Positions 1 through 18,315 of a DNA stretch of 64,000 bases are shown piece after piece. Position 1 is the stretch's first letter. Every line of letters starts with the position of its first letter. The stretch comes from Auanema rhodensis (taxonomy: Eukaryota > Animalia > Nematoda). The stretch lies in the NCBI GenBank assembly GCA_964057225.1, contig OZ059894.1, positions 8,680,001 to 8,744,000 on the forward strand, given 5' to 3'. The notes under the pieces are model-generated. The model saw nothing but the letters and a program-made list of their open reading frames with translations. It did not search any database and had not been told where the DNA came from. The position numbers and the translations under genes were made by a program.

Positions 1-1735
1 TGCTTTCGGTTATGCCTGTCATCCTCACGCAAAGGCTGCTATCTCCTGGGAAGCCAACGAAGATTGCTTGACTCTCAACATCATCAAGCCCAAGATCGTC
101 AGTGAGCCACTTCCAGTCCTCATCTGGATTCATGGAGGAGGATTCGAATTCGGTTCTGCTCACAACTTCGGATACAAAGGATTCGCTAACGTTTACAACC
201 CACAAGGAATTATTGTTATCTCCATTCACTATCGTGTTGGTATTTATGGTTTCCTTTCTACTGGAAATAGCATCATTCCTGGAAATCTCGGACTTTGGGA
301 TATGGCTGAATCTCTCAGATTTGTTAACAAATACATCTCTGCTTTTGGAGGAGATCCAAACAAAGTCACTGTTTGGGGACTTTCCGCTGGAGGATGTGCT
401 GCTGGACAGCTTGCTCTTTCTCCTCACTCTAAGGATCTTCTTGCTGGTACCATCCAAATGTCTGGATCACCATTCTCTTCATGGGGATATGGAGCTACTG
501 TTCCAGTTGGATCATGGCAGGTCATTAACGTAAGAAACATTTTATTTTGTTTATTACAATGAATAAATTTCTAATATTAGAATCTTGGATGTGGAAACAA
601 CACTGATATCAAACAGTGCTTGAAGTCCGCTAGCGTCGAAGACATCTACAGCGCTACTGCTCAAGCTGGATTCTCAACTGCTGACCTTAACACTGTCAAG
701 TGGGGACCAGTTATTGATGGGGAATTCATGTCTGATACTGCTGATGTTATGGCTGACCGTATCACTGTGAAAAAGCCAGCTCTTCTTGGACTTGGAAACA
801 AAGATGGAGGATTCTTCAGTAAGCGACTATAAAAAATCTATAGGGCCTTCTGAAATTTTTTCAGCTCTCATGGGATTAAACCCCTACCTTCATCAAATGC
901 ATTTAACTAACCAACAATTCGAGAACTTCAGCAGACAAGACCTTGTTAACACTATCCGCGTAAGATCTTTTCCGAAAGAATACTGAATACTCTGGTCTAA
1001 TTTCAGAAGCTCATCACAAAGGCTTTCTTCCCTAACAACCGCGAAAAAGTCATCAAGAAACTCGTTGACTTCTATGTTGACAAGGGCGCCAATAACTCAG
1101 TTGGATCCGGATTTTACGTTGACAGATACTCTCTCGTAGGAATGTACTTTAGAGCATAAGCTAAAAATCACATTTTAGTTTTTGAACGATATTTTCTTCA
1201 CCGTCCCAGCTTCTCAAGAATCTGACTACAGATCTAAAAAAGGATTCCCAACTTATGTTTATTCCATGGACCATTACAACGGTGTTATCTGGAAAGGACG
1301 TACCGTACCAGAAGAGGCTTACGGTTTGGAAGAAGTCAACAATCATATGAATGATACATATTTACAGGATCTGTTCACACTAACGAATATCCATATATGT
1401 TTGAGTTCTTCCAACTTGGAGCTTTTGATCTTTTCAACGACGAAGAGCGTCCAGTCACTGAATCCATCCGCCAATCTATCATCAACTTTGCTAAGACCGG
1501 GTAAGAATAATACTGCATATCTTAATATCCAAAAAACAAAACTTCTAGAAAACCAACTATCACTCGCACTAACTTCAAGACCTATGGTGGAGCTAAGAGT
1601 TATCTTTCCATTAAGCCTAAGATTGAAATGAAAAACAACTTCTACACTGAAGCTGCCAGACTCTGGAAGGAAATCACAAATCTCGGATTTGACGTCATCA
1701 CAATGCTTCAGCTCCGTCCTCTCCATTTCGAATAG
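1..1735 (+). CDS. Type-B carboxylesterase (alpha/beta hydrolase), 5'-truncated by the window edge, 6 introns
   Basis: Spliced translation shows EDCLTLN, WIHGGGF (oxyanion hole), YRVGIYGF, FGGDPNKVT, nucleophile GLSAG and catalytic His in GSVHTNEY. Ends RPLHFE* at TAG 1733-1735; AATAAA at ~1811. Confidence 0.93.
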
Positions 1736-2083
1736 ACAGCGAACTTGGGTATTATTAAATCATTCCAATGGTGATTATGACCATAATGATATTTATACGT
1801 CATTAGCTTGAATAAATTTCTAATATCTTACTATTGGTGCGATAACTACATAATATCCAAATTCAACAAACGATATAACTAGCATACAAAGACGAAACTC
1901 ATCATGAGATATATAGAATATTATCAAAATTTTCAGTGAGTTATAGACTTATGCTTTTATTCAAAAAAGAAAAAATATTATTTAGAAAACTCTATTAATG
2001 CTAATTTAATTTATAATGTAAATAAATATCAATCAATTCCATGACTATCAACAGAGAGTTTTCATATAAATAATACAAACATT

Positions 2084-4217
<2,134 letters not shown>

Positions 4218-4397
4218 ATCTCAAACTGAAATTAGAGTATAAATATCAATACAGCTAAGGTATTGTTTCTCACAACTAAAGAGAGGAATAATAATATAAA
4301 ATTTTTCTCGTCATAAATTTTTGCTTGTTGCTTGCGAAAAGTTCGTTTGGTCTGAAATATGCTTACTGTCATAACAGAAAAGTGGAAAAATGTTGGC

Positions 4398-4466
4398 ATA
4401 AAATGTTATCTTGCAAACTAAACTTCGAAATGTTGGCATTATATGTTATCTTGCAAACTAAACTTT
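4398..4466. promoter_or_regulatory. Direct repeat (2 x ~38 bp, starting ~4388) with GATA-type sites upstream of P450 A1; same in A2 at ~9730-9808
   Basis: AAATGTTGGCAT...ATGTTATCTTGCAAACTAAACTT occurs twice; each copy has TTATCT (AGATAA on the gene strand). A role as an intestinal GATA element is inference. Confidence 0.4.
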
Positions 4467-4600
4467 GAAATTTAAAAAAAATATGGAAATATGATTTATT
4501 AATTATATTATTCATATCAAATCTAATATATTTACACATTTCATCACAGCACGAATAAAACTCATAGAAATTAACATGTTTTCATTTCATACCAGTTTCT

Positions 4601-6710
4601 TTAAAATCTATAAAGCATACGACAGTGTGAAGCTTGAGGTGCCATAGTTGTACCAAACACTTTTTTCAAAGATGGAACATCTAAGTGTGGCTGAATCTAT
4701 AATGAGAAGGTTAAAAATAGTTTAATACTCTTCATCTTACATTGAATCTGTTAACTAAGTTGGCAGCGAACATGAATAGTTCCATTCGGGCCAAACCTTC
4801 TCCTAAACATTGTCGCTTTCCAATAGAGAATGGATTGAGTTCATCAACTTTCTTCAATTTGCCGTTATCATCCAGGAATCGTTCTGGTTTGAATTTCATA
4901 GGTTCAGGGAAAACCTATAATTTCCATTTTCAATTTCCTCAAAAATTTGAATACAGGCACACGTATTTTACGTGGATATTGTGATCTTTAGGGGAACCGT
5001 TGTAAATAGCGGCTGTATTTTTGGAAACTACATGGTTCTGGTTATATAACGCACCTCTTCATCGTAATGAACAGTAGAAACTTGGGCTACAGCAGCAGTT
5101 CCTTTTTCAATGGTAAGTCCATTAATAGTATAGTCTTTAGTAGTAATGTGGATAAGATTAACTGGAACGATATTCCCTAGACGTTGTGTTTCCTTCAAAA
5201 AAATCAAGTCAGTTGTATTTTTAAAGAAATCGTACGTTGATAACAGCATTAATATAAGGAAGGTTAGGTTTATCACTCATGGTGATAACACGATCGGATC
5301 TTATAACTTCATCTAGCTCTTCATGAATCTTGTCCTATAACGATTTTAAAATACGAATCCATAGAAAAAAGTTATTACTTGAACTTCAGGATTATGCAGT
5401 AAAAATAGAATAAACCATGTTAAAGTATTTGATGTTGTGTCCAGACCTGCAACCCACAGATCAAAACACATATTGATAAGTTGAAGATCACTGAAATGTA
5501 ACATGTGAATAACACGAGGTTAAGTTTTATAACCAGAATGATTCAGTGTCCCCATCAGCCTGTCTTTTCTCTTGTTCTCTTAAGAAAGCTTCTACATAGT
5601 CTGTAACCTCCTCATCTGGACTTTTAGCCGCAACTTCCTTTCGACGTACATCAATTTGTTTTTGAATACAACCGAATAGCTCATCACGCCCTCGGAATAC
5701 TCTATAATATTGAAGTAAATGAAACATTTTTTTTAGAAAAGTCTTACTCAGCATAAATTCCACTGAAATAAGGTACAAAGCGAAGTAAAGGATAAAAAGT
5801 GATTATTCCAAATATAGGATCCGCAAACCAGCGCATTTGTTCAGCAACCAAGCGTTTCATATTGAGAACTTCATCTATTCGGTTCTAAAAATACTACTAT
5901 TAGCAATAATACATTTTTTGTCTACCTCATCAAAACGATAGCCAAAAAGTAATTGATTAATAATGCTTCCAACTGCTATATCCAATACATTCTGTTAAAA
6001 AAACTTTAAAAAATTGAAATACTGTTTAGAGAAACTTGAATTGAAGGTATCACGGGACCACTTGATTGTAAGGATTTGGTAAGCTCTTCGATTTCTATAC
6101 TTATCTGAAAAATAAAATTAAGTCACATATTTTGAAAAACAAAATTCTTACTTTCTCCTCCATATCATTTCTGCCCATACCAAATTCCCTAAGCTGGTGA
6201 AGAGCAAATCGACGATGACTGCGCCAAGTTTCTCCATTAGTGTCAACAACTCCATAATCACCACCTAAACAGCTACAAATTAACTTCAACTTTTAAATGC
6301 CTTATACCTCTATAATGATCGTTAACGATTTCAAAACTTAGTTTGTCTATGAAAACATCTCCATTTTTGACAAAAGCTTCCGTTATAGTCTCATAGTCAG
6401 TGAAAGCAACTATTGGTTGTTGACCTTAAAAACTAAAATTTTATCTGAAAACTTTTCAAGAAATACCAAGCCAAAAAGTAAAAATTGGACCATATTGTTT
6501 CTTCCAATTTTCAAATGCACCATATCCTGGCTCATGTTTTATAAGTTCTGTCATATTACCAATCAATGGGAAAGGCATCGGGCCTTAAATGAAAAAAAAG
6601 GTTAAAAATAACATCTTTTAAAACTAACCAGGAGGAAGATTTCGTCTTTTCCAATAGAATTGATGTACTATGAGCCATATAAAAGCACACAACAATATAA
6701 GTAAGATCAT
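4601..6710 (-). CDS. Cytochrome P450, CYP33-like, copy B1
   Basis: [32 protein letters not shown] and [13 protein letters not shown]. All exons join in frame with GT-AG introns. Ends MLYRF*. Confidence 0.92.
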
Positions 6711-7435
6711 TTTCACTAAAATGAATTAAAATGTTGGGTGATTCAATTCTTTATATAAGGAAAACGCTAAAGAATTACGAAAGAACTAGAGATAAGCGAG
6801 TGCCTCATGAAAGTAATAGAATCAAAACGAATTAAGAGAAAGTTAAAAAGAGAGAGCAAAAAGAAAAGTATTGGTTTCGAAAAAAGCGAGTTTTATAAGC
6901 TTCATGAAGTTGTTAAGGGTAGAAAAAACAGTACAACAACTTTGAAAATCACAGAAAAGAAACAAAATGGTTTGAACTTAAGCATTGAAACTTTTTTAGC
7001 CTTGAGATTGTTAGCGATGCGCTACTTCTGCTTTCGCAATTTGCCGATCCCTTAGAAAAGACATTGTGTAACAGCCAATAAAGCAAACACGAATAGAGCG
7101 CTGAATGCTCAACGCTTTTTTTCATGAACGACTGAAAATTTTAATAGCCTTTAAGCTATCTTTTCAAGAATTAACACTAGCTCAATCAATGCAAAACAAT
7201 GACTGAACCGGAATAAATCTTCTGAATTAAAAGAAAAATATAAATCGGCTACTTGATGGTTAATAAAATTTTGAAACGTAAATTTACCGAGGTTTCCAAA
7301 ATCAAAGTTTCAATAGAATATTTAAATTGATGCTATTAGATTTTTAGAATAAACATATTTCTGGTATTTCTTCATTACACTAAAAAAAACAATTATGCAA
7401 ATTAGAAAGAATTCTAAATTTATTCCATGAATGAA

Positions 7436-9559
<2,124 letters not shown>

Positions 9560-9942
9560 ATCTCAAACTGAAATTAGAGTATAAATATCAATACAGCTAA
9601 GGTATTGTTTCTCACAACTAAAGAGAGGAATAATAATATAAAATTTTTCTCGTCATAAATTTTTGCTTGTTGCTTGCGAAAAGTTCGTTTGGTCTGAAAT
9701 ATGCTTACTGTCATAACAGAAAAGTGGAAAAATGTTGGCATAAAATGTTATCTTGCAAACTAAACTTCGAAATGTTGGCATTATATGTTATCTTGCAAAC
9801 TAAACTTTGAAATTTAAAAAAAATAAGGAAATATGATTTATTAATTATATTATTCATATCAAATCTAATATATTTACACATTTCATCACAGCACGAATAA
9901 AACTCATAGAAATTAACATGTTTTCATTTCATACCAGTTTCT

Positions 9943-12050
9943 TTAAAATCTATAAAGCATACGACAGTGTGAAGCTTGAGGTGCCATAGTTGTACCAAAC
10001 ACTTTTTTCAAAGATGGAACATCTAAGTGTGGCTGAATCTATAATGAGAAGGTTAAAAATAGTTTAATACTCTTCATCTTACATTGAATCTGTTAACTAA
10101 GTTGGCAGCGAACATGAATAGTTCCATTCGGGCCAAACCTTCTCCTAAACATTGTCGCTTTCCAATAGAGAATGGATTGAGTTCATCAACTTTCTTCAAT
10201 TTGCCGTTATCATCCAGGAATCGTTCTGGTTTGAATTTCATAGGTTCAGGGAAAACCTATAATTTCCATTTTCAATTTCCTCAAAAATTTGAATACAGGC
10301 ACACGTATTTTACGTGGATATTGTGATCTTTAGGGGAACCGTTGTAAATAGCGGCTGTATTTTTGGAAACTACATGGTTCTGGTTATATAACGCACCTCT
10401 TCATCGTAATGAACAGTAGAAACTTGGGCTACAGCAGCAGTTCCTTTTTCAATGGTAAGTCCATTAATAGTATAGTCTTTAGTAGTAATGTGGATAAGAT
10501 TAACTGGAACGATATTCCCTAGACGTTGTGTTTCCTTCAAAAAAATCAAGTCAGTTGTATTTTTAAAGAAATCGTACGTTGATAACAGCATTCATATAAG
10601 GAAGGTTAGGTTTATCACTCATGGTGATAACACGATCGGATCTTATAACTTCATCTAGCTCTTCATGAATCTTGTCCTATAACGATTTTAAAATACGAAT
10701 CCATAGAAAAAAGTTATTACTTGAACTTCAGGATTATGCAGTAAAAATAGAATAAACCATGTCAAAGTATTTGATGTTGTGTCCAGACCTGCAACCCAAA
10801 GATCCCAACACATATTGATAAGTTGAAGATCACTGAAATGTAACATGTGAATAACACGAGGTTAAGTTTTATAACCAGAATGATTCATTGTCCCCTTCAG
10901 CCTGTCTTTTCTCTTGTTCTCTTAAGAAAGCTTCTACATAGTCTGTAACCTCCTCATCTGGACTTTTAGCCGCAACCTCCTTTCGGCGTACATCAATTTG
11001 TTTTTCGATCAAACCGAATAGCTCATCACGCCCTCGGAATACTCTATAATATTGAAGTAAATGAAACATTTTTTTCGAAAACTCTTACTCAGCATAAATT
11101 CCACTGAAATAAGGTACAAAGCGAAGTAAAGGATAAAAATTGATCATTCCAAATGAGGGCTCCGCAAACCAGCGCATTTGTTCAGCAACCAAGCGTTTCA
11201 TATTGAGAACTTCATCTATTCGGTTCTAAAAATACTACTATTAGCAATAATACATTTTTTGTCTACCTCATCAAAACGATAGCCAAAAAGTAATTGATTA
11301 ATAATGCTTCCAACTGCTATATCCAATACATTCTGTTAAAAAAACTTTAAAAAATTGAAATACTGTTTAGAGAAACTTGAATTGAAGGTATCACGGGACC
11401 ACTTGATTGTAAGGATTTGGTAAGCTCTTCGATTTCTATACTTATCTGAAAAATAAAATTAAGTCACATATTTTGAAAAACAAAATTCTTACTTTCTCCT
11501 CCATTGCATTTTTGCCCAAGCCAAATTCACGAAGCTGGTGAAGAGCAAATCGACGATGACTACGCCAAGAGTCACCATTAGTGTCAATAACTCCATAATC
11601 ACCACCTAAACAGCTACAAATTAACTTCAACTTTCAAATGCCTTATACCTCTATAATGATCGTTAAGGATTTCAAAACTTGGTTTGTCTATGAAAACATC
11701 TCCATTTTTGACAAAAGCTTCTTTTATAGTCTCATAGTCAGTGAAAGCAACTATTGGTTGTTGACCTTAAAAACTAAAATTTTATCTGAAACTTTTCAAG
11801 AAATACCAAGCCAAAAAGTAAAAATTGGACCATATTGTTTCTTCCAATTTTCAAATGCACCATATCCTGGCTCATGTTTTATAAGTTCTGTCATATTACC
11901 AATCAATGGGAAAGGCATCGGGCCTTAAATGAAAAAAAAGGTTAAAAATAACATCTTTTCAAACTAACCAGGAGGAAGATTTCGTCTTTTCCAATAGAAT
12001 TGATGTACTATGAGCCATATAAAAGCACACAACAATATAAGTAAGATCAT
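9943..12050 (-). CDS. Cytochrome P450, CYP33-like, copy B2
   Basis: Near-identical to B1 with clustered substitutions. All P450 motifs are intact. Confidence 0.92.
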
Positions 12051-12657
12051 TTTCACTAAAATGAATTAAAATGTTGGGTGATTCAATTCTTTATATAAGA
12101 AAACCGCTAAAGAATTACGAAAGAAAAAGTTTATGCGACTTGATCATGGAAGTAATACAATCAAAGAGAATTGATTCAGATCTGTGAATTGAAACAGAAT
12201 TAACTATCCTTATATAATATCAATGAGGCTTTATAAGTACATATCATTATGGGCGGAGAAATTATAATGGAATTATTATCAGGAATTGAAAAGTCGAAGG
12301 AAACAAACAAATGATTGAACAAGTGTAAAAATAAACTAGACTGTAGTTGAAAATGTACAACCCGTCTTAACGAATTAAGAGGCGAATCAGTAAGGGTGCG
12401 CAACTTGTCTTCTGATCATTCAACTTGGTTTTCGATAACAAATAGAAGAATAGGGACACTAGGGGTTATTTGTTTTATTGCTTTGTTATTTTTTCGAACG
12501 TATCGAAATAAAGTTTCCGTTGGAATTCCAAAGTATCACAAAGTATAACGAAATATCAATAATGTATTACAAAGTAGCACATTCTTTTAGTATAAGTTGT
12601 AACAGCTTAATAAATTAATCAGTATATGAGGATAAATGACTAAAAATTGGTATAAAA

Positions 12658-13521
12658 CTACTTGACAATATTCACAGTTTTTCCGTTTAAAACTTCTTCC
12701 GTTGAGGTATACATTCGAGGTTGGCTTTTGATTGTTGCTTCTTCAAGTTGTTCAGGAGTGACAGGAGGTGGATGGAAAAACTTGCATTTCTTTCCTCTCT
12801 TACATGAACCTTTTCGAAACTCTCTTAACAGAAGAGTATGAAAATGATCTTAAATAACAAAATTAAATACTTGCAGTTCTGCTTTGATTTAGTTGAGGCG
12901 ACTTTTATTTGTTCTGTTAATGGGACATGTTGGCTAAGTCGCGCATGGTGGACACTTTCTTCACGTTGTTGCTCAGACATAAAAACACTTGATTTCTAAA
13001 AAAATTTCATTTGAATTTATTTTAAATACTTACAATTGTGTTAGAAGTGAAAAGATCGCGAGCACTAGGAAGCATTTTCTTGACAGGGGGTTCTTCTATA
13101 AGATGACATTAAAACAATTAACTCATCGTAAAATGAGAACCTGAATTATAATTTGAATTTCTTTTTCTAGATGACGTTTCATCATCTGAACTATCACTAG
13201 CTTCATCTTCATTAAAAAAGAATGATTCATTTTTCTGAAATTGACTATAAAATGAAAACTGTTTAGTTTTCACGCACTAATTGAACTACATACATGAACA
13301 AATTTTAAGCATAATTAAAAACTATCAGTAGAAAGATCAGAACTAATGTCATTATGATATCAAAAATAAGCGTGTTAGGCTAATTTAAATTTAATAGAAA
13401 TGCCCACCTCTGCCGTTGGCTTTAGAGAAGTTGAGGCACCAGCATCCGCTACTGCAGAACTATCAGAAATCTCATTATCATCTTCATCATCAGAATACGC
13501 GGTTAGTAAACTTAGTGACAT
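12658..13521 (-). CDS. Small acidic protein with a single CCCH zinc finger (N-terminal half resembles UPF0690/C1orf52-type proteins), 5 exons
   Basis: Spliced ORF MSLSLLTAYSDDEDD...KKMLPSARDLF...CKEFRKGSCKRGKKCKFFH (C-x7-C-x5-C-x3-H)...NIVK*. TTTTCAG acceptor immediately upstream of the ATG. Confidence 0.8.
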
Positions 13522-13814
13522 TCACACTGAAAACAAATACTAGTCATTATTTGCTCCATGTTATGCTAATTTAACACTGAAGTTTTGAATTTACTGTGGT
13601 GCAGTAGAAGGTAGTGAGATATTAAACGAAGATTTGCGTCCCGTTTTTTGAAATTTTGTAAGGTTCAAAATTCGAGTTAGCTATTCAAACTACACTATTT
13701 GACAGCTTTTTTCACATATCATTAAATTCTAATACACATTTTCAAAAAAATGAGATTCTTACAGATTCGTCTTCGGTAGGAGCCGCTTTTCGATCTGCTC
13801 CGTGACCAGTAATT

Positions 13815-16800
13815 ATGTCAGAACTTGAGGTAAACATTTATTGACTGATGACATCGAGGTTAAAAATCGGAATTAAAGGCATTAAATGGGCTGTGCCAAC
13901 AGCTCTATATGGCTACTGACCAAACTGTGCGTTTACAAGCTGAACAGAATCTTGCCGAGTTAATTGAATCACCAGAATGCCTGCGCCGGTGCATGCTGCT
14001 CTTAGAGAATGGACAGGTGTTTATTCGTAATAGACGAGTTTTGCTAATCTTTACTTCAGGTTCCATACGGTCCTTTAGTTGCTAGTACGGCTTTAATGAA
14101 ATTATTAAATTCTAAAACTGGAATGTCTGCTGAACAAAAATTAGATTTAAGTATGTCTCTCTCTAAGCATGTACCTTCAGGTTAGCCCATTTTAGGTAGA
14201 TACATTTTAAATATGCTAGGCTCTCGTAGCCCTTCTCTCCCCTCATATGTTGTTACTTCTCTTTGTCAACTATTTGCAAGAATCACGAAACAAGAATGGA
14301 CTTATTCAATTTCTGAAAAGTCCTTTCCTTTCCGGGAACCAATAAATGCTATTCTGACAACAATTGATGAGGTTTGAACATTTAGGTGATAACAACTATA
14401 ATATATTTAGAATAACATCCCTGAAAGCTTGTTAGCCGCTCAAGTGCTGTCTCTCCTTGTTGTAGATATGAATTCCGTAAGGATTTATATAATATTTGCT
14501 TCCCTAAATGCATGTTTTCTAGAATGCTGGTATGGAATCAATGCATAAACACCGTAAAAGCATGAGCCAGTTCCGTGATGGGCCTCTTTTGGAAATATTC
14601 CAGATTGCTGTGAAATTCTTAGAAAATACTGGTACAAGATCCAACATACCATCCTCGCTGGTCTGTTACAATATTTTTTTATCTTGTTATCTTGTTATCT
14701 TTGATCTTAAGTTACCATTAATTGATGCTGTTTTGGAATTGTGTCTGAACACATTACTGTTTGATTTTGTTGGAAGTTTATCTGATGAAACAAGTGAAGA
14801 AAATTTCAATGTTCAAGCTCCTACGGCCTGGAGGGATTGTATGTGACTTTGTGGATATATCAAAAACTTCATGTTTCAGGTTTCATCGATGGAAAAGTTG
14901 TCACTCTTGTATTCCAACTTTACCAAAATCTTCCTAATAATTCAACTGAAAAGGTTTTCGTATTGTGTTTTCTTCTGTTCTCTTTATTTAATTTTCTTCT
15001 TTTCTTTAAGATTTTGCATATAATTGTGCAACTTACAAGTATTCGACGAACATTATTCAATGCTCCTGAAAGACAAGCCTATCTTTCAAAGATTATTGTC
15101 GGAGTCAAGATGGTTCTTGAGAATCCTAATAAATTGAATGACCAGGTTCGAGTATTTGATTTATATTTCAATATATAGAATGATTTCAGGGAGCCTTCCA
15201 TGAATTTAGTCGCCTTATAGCCAGATTGAAAACAAATTATCAACTATTGGAATTGATAAAAATTGAGGAATATCCTCTTATGATGAGATTGTTAGCAGGT
15301 TTTACTGTGGAAAGCTTAGGAGTTCGTTATAAGCACTATTGAGATCTATAATATATATTATTCAAGCTTATGGAATTTTCTGCTAACAGTACCTATTTTC
15401 TGCTGACTTTTTGGCAAAGGATGGTAACATCAGTTCCGTATGTCCGTAGTAGTGATGACCACTTGCTCAATGTCTATTGTCCTGAAATATTTTCTGCTTT
15501 TGTTGAGAGTCGCTTGCAGAACGTAGAACGAGTAGTCCGGTTTGTAAAATACTATTATGATCGTATAACGTATTCCTTCTAGGGAAGGAGCCGACGATCC
15601 TTTAGCGGATCAAGGTGCAACAATTCAAGTATTAGAACTTTTAGCTGTAATTTGCCGATGTGAGTACGAGAAAAATTATAGACTTCTAGCCCACCATTTC
15701 GACGAAAACTATCGAACTCTGGAAACAACTACTCCAACATCTGTAAGTGATTCATTCCGTATTATATTAGAAACTTCTATTGTAGAATTTCATGGGTTAT
15801 CGAATTGCCGAAGGAAGACTAGTTTGGGTAATCACACTTATTGGAACTGCTGTGTTTTCCAAAACAACAGTTACTCATTGCGAAGACCAGGATAAGATGG
15901 ATGGTGATTTAGTTCAAAGGTTCATTTGCTTGTAAGATTAAGTGATAATCCCGCTTCCTTCAGATGTTTAAAATACATGCAAGTCAACGATCAGCGATTA
16001 TTCCCTACGTCATTAAACGAAAACCCAACTAATGGAAATGTGCGATTAGAGGTCTCTTTCATACATGTTTTGGAAAACTTCAGAAAAGCATATATCATGG
16101 AACAGGTGCACATTTTAATTTTATTTGAAATGTATGAATATGAATACGAATGTCTTAGGTGGCTCGTACCACCTCAGTATATCAAAACCTGGCGAATGTT
16201 GGAGTTTCTGATGAAACCGAAATGCTCGGAGTAATTGTTGGGAAAATGTTAGTTACTTCTTTATGAAATAATTGTAAATTCCATTTTTAGTTTAACTAAT
16301 ATCAAATTATGGCCAATGAATAATGATATTTTGGATTTATCTTTATCATTGCTCAAAGAATTATCTCTGGGATATACTGCGGTTAGAAAATTATTTCGTC
16401 TTCCTGACATTCAATTATTACTCAACAATCATACTGTAAGTATTGTAGCTGTATTGTATCTTAATTTTGATATTATTTGAGTCTGAACATTTTGCATTCC
16501 TTGGACCATCTGTTAGCTTTGCAACTATGAAGAGCAGAACTATTTTCTATGAAGCGCTCACAAGATTACTTGCTGTTGATCTTAATGATGATGATCAGAC
16601 TTTCCAACAGTTTATGGTTCCTTTAACAGGTAATAAGCATTGTCTATTGTTTTTTATGTGTTATTCTTTACTTGCAGAAACAGTTAAAGGAATTTGCAGT
16701 GTTCTCAACGGAGGATCCAGTGGTGTAAATGTAGATCAACTTCAGGTATTTTGTTTTATCCACAATATTAATTTCCATTGTGATATTAAGAGAGTTATTG

Positions 16801-18315
16801 TGGGGCTGTTTCGAGATCTAAGGGGAATTGCGGTTGCTTGTGCCACAAAAAATCAATTCCAACTTTTGTTTGACTGGATGTATGCATGTTTATAAGCTCT
16901 TGAAAATTTAAATAGTGTTATAGGTATCCTGAAGTTTTCGAGATTATGGGCAAATGTGTTGAAGAGTGGACTGATAATCCAGATGTGCCATTTTCAAATT
17001 TCAGTGAACACTAATCAATTATTACTTTCAGATTTCCATTCCTTTGTTTAGACTTCTCTGTGAGCTTCTTCTCAATAGACAACAGAGACTTAAGTTTGAG
17101 ATGAATAGCTGTTCAGCTGTGTTGTTATTCAAAGAGTGTTCTAAACTTGTTACTAGCTTTGGTAATGTGCAACTCTTTGTTTCTTTCAATTATAGCTTTT
17201 AGGAAATCGTTTTCTTAATCTTCCTACTAATGTTCCAAAAGAAGATATGTACAAGAAAAGATTTAAAACTACAGCTATTATATTCCAATGCTTGAAGCAT
17301 GCTATGGTCGGAGGATATATCCCTTTTGGTTTATTTCGTATTACTTAAGTTTAAACTAATATTTTATTCAAGGCGTATTTTATCTTTATGGTGACTCTTG
17401 TCTTCAAAATGTTCTGGATATGTTCATGAAATTATTCTTGCGGATTCCGGAGGAAGATTTCCTGGTATACATATCTATTTTATTTTATATTAATTTTAAA
17501 AATTTTAGGGATATACTAAATTAGCTCAAGCTTATTACGCTCTGCTTGAAAATGTAGTTCATGACAACATGGCTTTCATGTCCAATTTGGAACCTACAAC
17601 GTTTGCTGCTGTTTTGAGGTCTATTCAAAGCGGCCTCATCGCTTTAGGTTGAGAAAATACAATTATTATTTTTATCATTACATTTCAGATACAACTGTTA
17701 TGACATCGGCTTGTTCAGCTTTAGATAATATTTTGAATTATTTATTCAAAAGGATCACCGGCACTGGCCCTATTGTGGTAAATGTAGGATCTCAACCTGA
17801 GGGAAATCAATGTCTTATTGCTGTTGAACAGCACCCTCAGACTCTCGCCGAGGTTGTTTTCATAGTTAATGAATTTTTCGTATGTATTAATTTCGTAGAT
17901 CCTTAATTGCATTATGCAATCTTTGATGATGTGTGAAATTAGGTGTCAATGGAGCATGTCGAGACCATTGCTAGGTCTTATACTTCTTCAAGAAGAAGTT
18001 TTTCAAAATTTCAAGCGTGAAGTAATTCAAAGGCAACCTACCGAACGTCAACGCTTTTTGGAAACAGTATGTACATCTATATTGTTTTATTCATATGATT
18101 TATATTAAGCTTTTTGATAATCTTATGGTAGGAATTGAAAGAAACCTTTCGATAAAAAATAAAGATCAGTTCACTCAGAATATTCAGAAGTAAGCTCTTT
18201 TTCAATTTCTTTCTAGGATCACTCGATTATTTTTAGATTTCGTCGTGAACTTGGGGAAGTTGCTAAAGGCAACGATATCACCTCTGCTTCCTCTAATAAC
18301 AACGACATGTGCTAG
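13815..18315 (+). CDS. xpo7: Exportin-7 / RanBP16-17 family nuclear transport receptor, 28 exons
   Basis: Motifs [60 protein letters not shown] and KNKDQFTQN. 27 short introns join in frame. Ends NNDMC*. Confidence 0.93.
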
